Origin: Candidatus Cloacimonadales bacterium
Lineage (GTDB): Bacteria > Cloacimonadota > Cloacimonadia > Cloacimonadales > JAIOQZ01
Assembly (NCBI GenBank): GCA_963665815.1
Contig: OY762463.1
Span: 3,776,001-3,840,000, forward strand
Reading direction: 5' to 3'
Length of the DNA stretch: 64,000 nt
The notes below the pieces were generated by a model that worked only from the letters and a program-made list of their open reading frames with translations, was not told the origin of the DNA and searched no databases. Below, in pieces: positions 8,196-17,375 of the stretch (the first letter of the stretch is position 1; each line of letters starts with the position of its first letter). A program made the translations under genes and the position numbers.

Positions 8196-10997
8196 CTATT
8201 TCAGCATTACACATTTTTTAACAGCCTGTGTTTTGCCGTTGTAATCCACTTTATAGAAATATACTCCTGAACTAACAGTTTTGTTTGCAGAGTCTGTTCC
8301 ATTCCACTCAATTTTATGTCGTCCCTGCTTCAATTTTCTGTCAACCAATGTTTTTACCTTTTGTCCTTTCATATTGTATATGGTGATTTCTACATCCGAA
8401 TCATCTTTAATGTTGAAGGATATATTGGTGGATGGGTTGAACGGATTCGGGTAGTTGGTGATGTTGGCTGAGAAAGACGGGGCAGAGGTGTCTGAGTTTG
8501 GGACTTGAGTATAGTTTTCCCGCCAGTAAATCTCTCCTCTCGCAGCATTGAAGTACAGAAAATCTGAATCACCGTCTAAATCAACATCAACAATTCTGTA
8601 AATGTTTGCAATGTTGTTTTGTAAATCTATTGTTGTAAAGTTAGCGTTACCGTCGTTTTCAAGAAGGATTCGGTGGTTCCCTGTTCCATATTCATAATAG
8701 GCAATTATTACATCCTTATCGTTGTCATTATCAAAATCTTGTATTTCGAAAGAAATATCTTCAGAAGTATTACTGTATATGTTAACTAAATCAGAATAAT
8801 TCTGAGAATTAATCATGGTTGATAAATTGAGTGTATGATTGTCACTTGATACAAAAATAACATCCGGTTGATCATCATTGTTAAAGTCGGCTACTCCATA
8901 ACTGTAAATTTCAGAATTATTGCTTGTGTTAAACAATAAAGTCGCTTGAGAATTCAGATTATTTCCCGGTGTGTTCTCTATCCAGAAAAGACTGTCACAA
9001 AATAGATTGTAATTATAATTGCTATAAACAAAATCCTTATCCCCATCATTATCAATGTCGAAGAATAGACCATTCTGCAGATCTTTCCCTGAAATATTGG
9101 TTTCTATTCCGGTATCCGAAATATTGACAGTGTTTCCGTATACCTCAATCTCATGCCAATAGGTATCAAGCTGCATGTTCTCACTAACCACCTGAAAAAT
9201 TTCCTGATCTCCATCAAAATCGTAGTCCATTAAACCGCACGTTTCTAATGTGGGGCGTGTTACCTCTGCAAAATGCATTGTATAGCAGGTTGAATATCTG
9301 TTAAAGAGAATTTCGGTGTTTGGATTCGCAATGCCTATAAACTGAGAAATATCACACACTTCAACTCCTGACTCAACATTCCAGGATCGCTCATCGCGAT
9401 AAAATGATATGTCGGAATAAGAATCATTATTTATGTCTGAGAAAGAAAAATAACCCTGATTCAGACTGTTTGACATTGGATGATCATTGTGGACTTCGTG
9501 GATAGCAATGCAATCGGAAATCTGTTGGTAATTATTGTAGGACGCTTCATTTAGAATATCAGGTATTGAGTACAGACATCCTGTATTAGAAGCATAAACA
9601 ATATCAGGGATTTGATTCGAATTTAAATCTACACACATGATACTTGATGCAGGGAAAGGGAAGTTATTGCTAAGTGTTACTTTTGAATAAGTTGTATCCG
9701 GGCTGCTAGTCCAGAAACAATATTCATTATTCGTGGTGGAATTTTGAATAACATCCAGTATGTTATCATTATTGATATCATTGATATGATAAGTTTGCCC
9801 AGAGCTATTCAATATTGCGCTGTTAGCAACATTTACTTCATCAAATGAAATGATGTTTGTCGAGTTATTAATATTAATCTCGATGTAATAATCTGTATTT
9901 ATTATATCCGGAAGATTATCATCATTAAGATCAACAAGTTTCCCTAATGGAATATCGTATGAATTAGAGAAAGCAAAACCAGGGTTAGAGTTTAACACAA
10001 CCCTGTCTTCATCATAGAATCCGTCTTCATTCTCATAAAAAAACTTGAATATGCAATCTACCATTCCGTCGTTATTCATATCTTGCAAACTATTAATATA
10101 GCAAAAATCATTTAAATAAATCATACTTGAATAATTATAATTATATTCAGTGTAATTACTGTAGTTACCGGCATTATTTAAGAAACATCTCAATGATCCC
10201 TGACTGTTATTATCACGAATAGCAAGGAAAATATCTGTATCCATATCCGAATCATAATCGGCGAAATGAACTCTGTCCCATGGGAAATTGTTACCATTAT
10301 TTACGAGCAATAGTTCTTCAGAGAAATTGAAGTTTCCATTATTCGTAAGCAACACAACTTCTGTTTCATGGACGAGAAATATATCTGGTAAATCGTCCTG
10401 ATTAATCTTGCCCACACTGAAGTTAGTTGTATTAACCGGATTAGGGTAGGAAAAAACCTCGAAAAGACCATTATTAAAGCTGAATACTTTTAAGCTGTCA
10501 TCGGTATTAATAATATACTCTTCTTCTCCGTCATTGTTCAAATCTACGGGTTTAATCTGTATCTCATTGTTGACCAAAACGTTATTGCAAACTTGCATCT
10601 CTGGTGAAATTGTATGTGCCTGCAGGTTAACATCCTGATAGGAAATACTACTCACAAGATGTATTCCCCAGTATGTGCCTAACCATAATCTCATAATGTT
10701 TTCTTGGGGAAAGGAGCATTTTAAAACTGGTCCTGAGATTGAGTTTTCCGGAAGAATATCTGTTATGTTGACTTCACTATTATTTTCTGTCATGTTTGTA
10801 ATAGCATAGAGACTACCATCTATTTCCGAGTACATTATGCCATCTTTGACTCCATCATCATTAATGTCTTCGACTGCAATGATCTCACCATCAGGGCATT
10901 GTATTTTATAAATCATCTTCTTTTCACTGAGATTAAGCTCTCCAAAACACATGGACGCAATTGTAATAGTAATTAGTAGAAATAGTAACTTTTTCAT
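8196..10997 (-). CDS. Secreted FG-GAP/VCBS-repeat protein with FlgD-Ig/T9SS-type C-terminal domain (paralog A)
   Basis: Signal peptide, many DxNxDGxxD Ca-binding repeats, C-terminus NYPNPFNPST...GVYFYK...KCVMLK. Confidence 0.85.
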   Translation of the reverse strand: MKKLLFLLITITIASMCFGELNLSEKKMIYKIQCPDGEIIAVEDINDDGVKDGIMYSEIDGSLYAITNMTENNSEVNITDILPENSISGPVLKCSFPQENIMRLWLGTYWGIHLVSSISYQDVNLQAHTISPEMQVCNNVLVNNEIQIKPVDLNNDGEEEYIINTDDSLKVFSFNNGLFEVFSYPNPVNTTNFSVGKINQDDLPDIFLVHETEVVLLTNNGNFNFSEELLLVNNGNNFPWDRVHFADYDSDMDTDIFLAIRDNNSQGSLRCFLNNAGNYSNYTEYNYNYSSMIYLNDFCYINSLQDMNNDGMVDCIFKFFYENEDGFYDEDRVVLNSNPGFAFSNSYDIPLGKLVDLNDDNLPDIINTDYYIEININNSTNIISFDEVNVANSAILNSSGQTYHINDINNDNILDVIQNSTTNNEYCFWTSSPDTTYSKVTLSNNFPFPASSIMCVDLNSNQIPDIVYASNTGCLYSIPDILNEASYNNYQQISDCIAIHEVHNDHPMSNSLNQGYFSFSDINNDSYSDISFYRDERSWNVESGVEVCDISQFIGIANPNTEILFNRYSTCYTMHFAEVTRPTLETCGLMDYDFDGDQEIFQVVSENMQLDTYWHEIEVYGNTVNISDTGIETNISGKDLQNGLFFDIDNDGDKDFVYSNYNYNLFCDSLFWIENTPGNNLNSQATLLFNTSNNSEIYSYGVADFNNDDQPDVIFVSSDNHTLNLSTMINSQNYSDLVNIYSNTSEDISFEIQDFDNDNDKDVIIAYYEYGTGNHRILLENDGNANFTTIDLQNNIANIYRIVDVDLDGDSDFLYFNAARGEIYWRENYTQVPNSDTSAPSFSANITNYPNPFNPSTNISFNIKDDSDVEITIYNMKGQKVKTLVDRKLKQGRHKIEWNGTDSANKTVSSGVYFYKVDYNGKTQAVKKCVMLK

Positions 10998-11055
10998 TGT
11001 TTATCCCCTTCTTAGCCGGCATATACCCCTATATGACAGCTCTAATATTTATAAT
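10998..11055 (-). repeat. Array spacer/RBS repeat, copy 2
   Basis: ttatccccttcttagccggcatatacccctatatgacagctctaatatttataat. Confidence 0.9.
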
Positions 11056-13854
11056 CTATTTCAGCATTACACACTTTTTGACAGCTTGTGTTTTGCCATT
11101 GTAATTTACTTTATAGAAATATACTCCTGAACCCACTGTTTGATTTGCAGAATTCGTTCCATTCCACTCAACTTTATGCTGTCCCTGCTGGAATTTCTTA
11201 TCAACCAGTGTTTTTACCTTTTGTCCCTTCATATTGTATATGGTGATTTCTACGTCTGTATCTTCTTTTATGTTGAAAGATATGTTTGTGGACGGGTTGA
11301 ACGGGTTAGGGTAGTTGGTGATGTTGGCTGAGAAAGACGGGGCAGAGGTGTCGGAGTTGGGGACCTGGGTATAGTTTTCCCGCCAGTAAATCTCTCCTCT
11401 CGCTGCATCAAAGTACAAGAAGTCAAGGTCACCATCGAAGTCCAGATCAACCAAATCTGCAACATGGTTACAATAATCATCTATCTGCATGTTCTGGAAA
11501 AGCATATAGCCCCTATTCTCTAATATATCTACATAACTGTTTCCGGAATATATAATAATATCAGTGTAACCGTCATCATCAACATCTGAAACTGAGATTT
11601 TGTTGATTTGTGTGTTACCATTAGCATATAGCAATATAACATCATTAAAATCCCCACTTATTCTTCTTGTTGCAGCAAAAACTTTATGTCGATAATCATC
11701 AACAAAAAGTATATCTGTCAGACCATCATTGTTTAAATCACTTACCTCAAAAAATCTGATAAGCTCTGAGTATTGGCTACCTGTATAAAGCAGCTGGGAA
11801 GCTGAATTAAGGTTATTACCGTGAGTATTTTCTATCCAGAGCAGGCTGTCAGTTCTTTTGAAAACAAAATCATCATCTCCATCAATATCAATATCTCTGA
11901 ATATTCCGGAGGCAAGCTCTCTATGTGTAAGTAAGCTCATTGCAAATGAATCAGAAATTGTACAGCCATTGTTATCAAAGCTTAAATCATACCAATAAGT
12001 TCTGAGTTTATACGCGTTGTAATAGTCCTGTTCAGTACAGTAAAGGTTAGGATTACCATCAAAATCATAATCCATAATTCTCATAGCTTGTTGGTTCAAT
12101 AAACTGTTACAATTGCCATATGAAACTGTACTTAGAGGCATAACTTGATCAAATATCGGTACAGTTGAATGTCCACCAAGAGAATAGGACATTGATATGT
12201 CAGTACCATATGTTCCTGTACTGATTGAACTCCATTTATAAACTCCATAATATATAAAATCTAAATAGCTGTCATTATTTATATCGTCAAAATAGAAGTC
12301 TGAGCTCAAGTATGACCAGTTGTATTCATAACCATTACCGCTTTCATGTTGCTTAATACAGTTTGTGATTCTCTCAATTTCAATGTCTTCAGCTTCTTCA
12401 AAATTTACAATTTTGTAGAAACAACCAGAAGATGATGAGAAAACAATAGCGTTACCCTCAGACATCACAGGAGCTATCAGTATATTATCTTTCGGTACAG
12501 GAATCTCCCTTTGAAAGGAGGAACATATGTATGTGTGTCCTGATTCACTTAAGCATTTCAGTATTTTATTATCAACTAGCATGATTTGAATAATATCTAG
12601 CATAGAATCATTATTAATATCTGTAATAGTATAATTGTTTGCATTAATTGTGCTGTCAAAATTGATAGTCATTCGGCTAAATGTAATTGGAGACACAGGA
12701 ATATTGACGTATAGCAATCCAGTTTGGCTATTATTAATGCTGAAAATATCAGGATAACCATCAGAATTGAAATCTACAAAATCTCCATTAGGAAGGTCTA
12801 TTTGGTAGCTAACATCAAAGTTGCAATTAATATTTAGAATCAGTTTTCTGTCGGTTACAAAGTCATAGTCTGCTCTTTGAAAGATAAGATCAGCACAATT
12901 ATCTCCATTTAAGTCAATAAATTGAGCATTTATGAAATCAAAATATCCATAGTTCTCCTGTAGATCGCTTCTGTCAAAGCTATGCATATCTATAGAAGAG
13001 TAAGATCCTGAATTGTTTATATAGCATTTGATATAAATACTGTTGTCATCCATATCTCCTCTCTCTATAATATCAGTATCCCCATCGCCATCGTAATCAA
13101 CAATATCAATGTTATAGTGTTCCGTATTATATGTGTAAAAAATAGAGTTAACTTGAATGCTGCTGAGGGAAAAACCTAGATTCCCTGTATTTATCATTAT
13201 AATTGCTTCGGTTGCTGTAAGTAGAATGAGATCAGAGAAAACATCATCATTTACATTTGCGACAACACATCTCTGAACATATGATTGTGAACTTATGGAG
13301 TACATTTCAACCAGATTATTAGCCTCATCGATTTTGAAAACAGTTAAACCATCGATATTTAAAGAAATTAACTCGTTTATATTGTCATTATCAAAGTCTG
13401 CAACTAAAGTGTTAAATGTATTTGATTCTATTAGATGCTCATTTGAAATTGAATGATGTTCAATGTCGATTATCTGGGCAAAATCATTTAGATTCTGGTC
13501 TTGATCATAGGGATGATCATAATTACAAAGTAAAACTCTCGAATTGTCAATAATATGAAATGCTTTATCTGCATATTGTGTTTCAATCCCTTGAATTGAT
13601 CCCGGAGCCAATATTTGCTCAAATGTCATTATTGTATCTCTTGAGCCGATATTCGTTACTAAATAGAGGCTTTGATCATGATCGGAATACATTAATCCAT
13701 CCTTTATCCCATCTCCAGTATAATCATGAAACAACTTGAACTCTCCATCAGGACAAGGTGTATCAATAATCATCTTCTTTTCGCTGAGATTGAGCTCTCC
13801 AAAACACATAGACACAATTGTTATAGTAATTAGTAGAAATAGCAGCTTTTTCAT
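11056..13854 (-). CDS. Secreted FG-GAP-repeat protein with FlgD-Ig/T9SS-type CTD (paralog B)
   Basis: Same architecture and same termini as paralog A. Confidence 0.85.
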   Translation of the reverse strand: MKKLLFLLITITIVSMCFGELNLSEKKMIIDTPCPDGEFKLFHDYTGDGIKDGLMYSDHDQSLYLVTNIGSRDTIMTFEQILAPGSIQGIETQYADKAFHIIDNSRVLLCNYDHPYDQDQNLNDFAQIIDIEHHSISNEHLIESNTFNTLVADFDNDNINELISLNIDGLTVFKIDEANNLVEMYSISSQSYVQRCVVANVNDDVFSDLILLTATEAIIMINTGNLGFSLSSIQVNSIFYTYNTEHYNIDIVDYDGDGDTDIIERGDMDDNSIYIKCYINNSGSYSSIDMHSFDRSDLQENYGYFDFINAQFIDLNGDNCADLIFQRADYDFVTDRKLILNINCNFDVSYQIDLPNGDFVDFNSDGYPDIFSINNSQTGLLYVNIPVSPITFSRMTINFDSTINANNYTITDINNDSMLDIIQIMLVDNKILKCLSESGHTYICSSFQREIPVPKDNILIAPVMSEGNAIVFSSSSGCFYKIVNFEEAEDIEIERITNCIKQHESGNGYEYNWSYLSSDFYFDDINNDSYLDFIYYGVYKWSSISTGTYGTDISMSYSLGGHSTVPIFDQVMPLSTVSYGNCNSLLNQQAMRIMDYDFDGNPNLYCTEQDYYNAYKLRTYWYDLSFDNNGCTISDSFAMSLLTHRELASGIFRDIDIDGDDDFVFKRTDSLLWIENTHGNNLNSASQLLYTGSQYSELIRFFEVSDLNNDGLTDILFVDDYRHKVFAATRRISGDFNDVILLYANGNTQINKISVSDVDDDGYTDIIIYSGNSYVDILENRGYMLFQNMQIDDYCNHVADLVDLDFDGDLDFLYFDAARGEIYWRENYTQVPNSDTSAPSFSANITNYPNPFNPSTNISFNIKEDTDVEITIYNMKGQKVKTLVDKKFQQGQHKVEWNGTNSANQTVGSGVYFYKVNYNGKTQAVKKCVMLK

Positions 13855-13912
13855 TTTTTATCCCCTTTTTAGCCGGCATATACCCCTATATGACTGCTCT
13901 AATATTTATAAT
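13855..13912 (-). repeat. Array spacer/RBS repeat, copy 3
   Basis: ttatccccttttagccggcatatacccctatatgactgctctaatatttataat-like; almost identical to copy 2. Confidence 0.9.
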
Positions 13913-14035
13913 CTATTTCAGCATCACACATTTTTTAACAGCCTGTGTTTTGCCATTGTAATCCACTTTATAGAAATATACACCTGAGCTTACAGATTTA
14001 GATACAGAATCTGTTCCATTTACCTGAACTTTCAT
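13913..14035 (-). pseudogene. Orphan duplicate of the array C-terminal sorting-domain tail (40-aa mini-ORF)
   Basis: MKVQVNGTDSVSKSVSSGVYFYKVDYNGKTQAVKKCVMLK*; the last ~75 nt are identical to the 3' end of paralog C. Confidence 0.8.
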
Positions 14036-14248
14036 TTTTTGTATGCAACAAAAAACGAAACAAAAAAATGCACCAACGGAGAATTAATTAACTCAAGATT
14101 TTGAACAGCTATTGAAAGTTAGGCTCACTTCGTTCAGACACGAAACTTCCAATGACGCTGTTCATGCATCTTTCGGTGCAAAGCACACATAATAAATTCT
14201 CAAGTTGGACAAGAGAACAACTACATTGTTCAATGAGTCGTCTTGAAT
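14030..14248 (-). mobile_element. Structured palindromic non-coding element (MITE/REP-like or ncRNA)
   Basis: Nested inverted repeats (tgaacagc/gctgttca; attgaaagtt/aacttccaat; ccaac..gagaatt/aattctc..gttgg; ttttttg/caaaaaa); absent from the other array junctions. Confidence 0.55.
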
Positions 14249-17026
14249 CTATTTCAGCATCACACATTTTTTAACAGCCTGTGTTTTGCCATTGTAATCC
14301 ACTTTATAGAAATATACACCTGATCCTACAGATTTATTTGCAGAATCTGTTCCATTCCACTCAACTTTATGCTGTCCCTGTCCGAATTTTCTGTCAACCA
14401 GTGTTTTTACCTTTTGTCCTTTAATGTTGTATATGGTGATTTCCACGTCTGTATCTTCCTTTATGTTGAAAGATATGTTTGTGGAAGGATTGAACGGATT
14501 CGGGTAGTTGGTGATGCTAGCTGAGAAAGACGGGGCAGAGGTGTCGGAAGTAGGATTGTAAACCAGATTTTTTTTCCAGTAAACTTGACCTTTGTTAGTA
14601 TCAAAATATAGAAAATCTATGTCACCATCAAAATCAATATCTGTAACATTCCATAAGTTATCTTCATTGTCTGCTGTATAAACAATACTGAAGTTTTGCG
14701 ATCCGTTGTTTTGTAGTAATGAAATCGAATTATGTAAATTATAGTTTATTATTATATCCTTATCATAGTCTCTGTCAATGTCTTGAAGTTTGAGTTTAGA
14801 TATGGATGATTCACTTTGAAAAATCTGGTTAAGATCATTAAAACTTGATTCTGTTGCTTCAGCACAATAGAGAGTGGTTCTGTCTTCAGTTAACAAAATA
14901 ATATCAGCCAGATTATCGCCGGTAATATCTTCGATTGAAAAGCTTGCAAAACTATGCAATGAATCCGTAGTAAACAGTAAACTTGGCGTGGAATTGAGAT
15001 CATTGCCAGGAGCGTTCTCAATCCAGAATATACTATCGCAGTAACTGTCATATCCATAATTATAATTTCCAAAGACGAAATCCTCATCTCCGTCATCATC
15101 TATATCAAATCGTTTTCCTTTATTAAGTTTCGCAGTTGAAATATTTCCGGGTAAAGTTGATGCGATACTTCCGGGAATACGGATATGCCAGATTGTACTA
15201 TAGTTATTGTCAGAAATCTCTTCTGCCTGATAAATATCCGGTAGACCATCGAAATCAAAGTCCAAAAAATCAAGATCTTTATCGGAAAGCTGTCCTGATA
15301 CATCTATTGTTATGTTCCAATTGTGGATGCTCTCCAAGTGAGTCTCAGAAGACATATACATAATACTGGAGCACATTGTAAGATATGAATAAATAGATCT
15401 ACAAATACCCATGGAATAATTATACTTGTAATAAACAAGATCAAGTATACTGTCATTATTAATGTCCATCAGGGTGAATTTAGAATATCCTGTACCGGAT
15501 GAATCTCCATGGCCTGATGAACTACTTGTATAGGGGAAAGGAGCTGATAATCTTTGCAATACTTGAGGAGTATTTGACTGAAGTACGTCAAAAGACCCAT
15601 AGAAGCGGTTATCAGTACTTTTAAAGAGTAACTCAGGATTATTATTCTGATCTATATCAGAAAAAAAAATAAAGTTACCAATTGCTTTGTCAGCTCTCCC
15701 TTTTGATGTTTTTCTAAAAGTATTGTCGTTGTTGGAGATATAAAAATGCAGATTATCTTTATAGCATGAAGACTGAATCAGATCAAGGATATTGTCGTTA
15801 TTAAGATCTGTTATTAAGGAGAGTGGATATCCCCAACCGGTTGGATTTTCTTCAATCGTAAGTTCTGTGAAGCTACCTGAACTGTCTGAGTTGTTGTAAT
15901 AATATTTAAATTCATCATAAATCGATACTAAATCCGGTAAAGAGTCATTATTAACGTCAAGTGTCTTAACATAAGGAAAATCATCATCAAATGTAATATT
16001 ATAGTTTCCATTTTCATTAAAAACGATTTCACTCTCCATCCAAGAATCGTAAGAATCAAAACCGTCCCAATCTCTGTAGTGCTCTGAAAACAGTAAATCT
16101 GCCTTATTGTCATTATTCAAATCAATTATTTCCTCCAGGATAAAATAATCCATGTCTAATGGTGGATTTAGAATTGAGTATGAGTTGGAAACAGAACTGC
16201 TGAAATCTCCATTATTATTGATATAACATGTAATAGTTCCCTGAACGTAATTTCCATAAAAATTAAAAATATCTGTGTCTGAGTCAGCATCATAATCGGC
16301 GAAGAAAATATCATTAAAACTGAAATTAACACTGTCCTGAATGCTAATGGGAGAGAATAGAAAATTACCCTCATTTCTAAGAATTATTATCTCATCTGGA
16401 CATGTTACAAAAATATCATCGAGAGAATCATTGTCATAGTTCCCAATAACTACTGCTTCTACATCATTGTAGACAAAACTGTAGCAAAGTGTATAGTTAT
16501 AATCATTGCTGAATACATCAAAACCACTAGGCTTTTGTATGATGAATTCATTTACATTGTCATTATTCAAATCAATTTCATCAAATTTATCGTCTGAAAT
16601 ATATCTGGGATTAACATTATCACAAAAAGTATGGGTTGGTGATATCTGATTATTTCCAAAGTTAACATCCTGGTACTTCAGTGGTCCCGTTGATTCATGA
16701 AAATCATCTATCCATAATCTTAAAGTATTGCTGTTTCTAAAATTGCATTTTAAAATCTTGCCTTCAATTGAACCCTCAGGTAGAATCTCAACAAAATTGA
16801 TTGCGGCATCACCTTCATTCATATTTGTAATAGCATAGAGACTACCATCTAATTCCGAGTATATAATGCCATCTTTGACTCCATCTCTATTAATGTCCTC
16901 GACTGCAATGATTTTACCATCAGGGCATTGTATTTTATAAATCATCTTCTTTTCACTGAGATTAAGCTCTCCAAAACACATGGACACAATTGTAATAGTA
17001 AATAGTACAAATAGTAATTTTTTCAT
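14249..17026 (-). CDS. Secreted FG-GAP-repeat protein with FlgD-Ig/T9SS-type CTD (paralog C)
   Basis: Start moved to MKKLLF at 17026 (GGGGG RBS; matches paralogs A and B); same architecture. Confidence 0.85.
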   Translation of the reverse strand: MKKLLFVLFTITIVSMCFGELNLSEKKMIYKIQCPDGKIIAVEDINRDGVKDGIIYSELDGSLYAITNMNEGDAAINFVEILPEGSIEGKILKCNFRNSNTLRLWIDDFHESTGPLKYQDVNFGNNQISPTHTFCDNVNPRYISDDKFDEIDLNNDNVNEFIIQKPSGFDVFSNDYNYTLCYSFVYNDVEAVVIGNYDNDSLDDIFVTCPDEIIILRNEGNFLFSPISIQDSVNFSFNDIFFADYDADSDTDIFNFYGNYVQGTITCYINNNGDFSSSVSNSYSILNPPLDMDYFILEEIIDLNNDNKADLLFSEHYRDWDGFDSYDSWMESEIVFNENGNYNITFDDDFPYVKTLDVNNDSLPDLVSIYDEFKYYYNNSDSSGSFTELTIEENPTGWGYPLSLITDLNNDNILDLIQSSCYKDNLHFYISNNDNTFRKTSKGRADKAIGNFIFFSDIDQNNNPELLFKSTDNRFYGSFDVLQSNTPQVLQRLSAPFPYTSSSSGHGDSSGTGYSKFTLMDINNDSILDLVYYKYNYSMGICRSIYSYLTMCSSIMYMSSETHLESIHNWNITIDVSGQLSDKDLDFLDFDFDGLPDIYQAEEISDNNYSTIWHIRIPGSIASTLPGNISTAKLNKGKRFDIDDDGDEDFVFGNYNYGYDSYCDSIFWIENAPGNDLNSTPSLLFTTDSLHSFASFSIEDITGDNLADIILLTEDRTTLYCAEATESSFNDLNQIFQSESSISKLKLQDIDRDYDKDIIINYNLHNSISLLQNNGSQNFSIVYTADNEDNLWNVTDIDFDGDIDFLYFDTNKGQVYWKKNLVYNPTSDTSAPSFSASITNYPNPFNPSTNISFNIKEDTDVEITIYNIKGQKVKTLVDRKFGQGQHKVEWNGTDSANKSVGSGVYFYKVDYNGKTQAVKKCVMLK

Positions 17027-17375
17027 TTTTCCCCCTGTAGTCCCAAACAGCTTCATACCCCTATAAAGCAGTTCCAGACTTTTTATAGAATAAATTTTTA
17101 ACAAAATTACATTTCTTTATCATGAATAGTCAAGGATTATATGATGTATTTGTGAAATTATGGTGATTGGGGGAGTTAACGAAAGTAAAAAAGTAAGATC
17201 TCACAGAATTTTTATATTTTGTTAACACGAAATTGCTATATATTATAAAAACATGCTATTTATGAATTTTCAGATATGAAATCAGGTGAAATTTTGATTG
17301 ACTAAAAAACGTTATTTCTAAATTTTGAACATGAAAGAAAGTGGATATTTAAAACTATTATAAAGGAAGGATACT

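Noticed and set aside
8137..13912. Integron attC sites or CRISPR repeats as the array spacers
   Set aside because: The spacers lack RYYYAAC/GTTRRRY boxes and palindromy, are ~2.9 kb apart, and no integron integrase or cas gene is present.
13913..14360. DGR template/variable repeat pair
   Set aside because: Differences between the copies are not adenine-specific and there is no reverse transcriptase in the window.
17027..17104. Longer N-terminus for paralog C
   Set aside because: Paralog alignment and the RBS support the start at 17026.
17140..17300. Rex operator upstream of PFOR
   Set aside because: Only a half-site (ttgtgaaa) is seen, without the matching TTCACAA arm.
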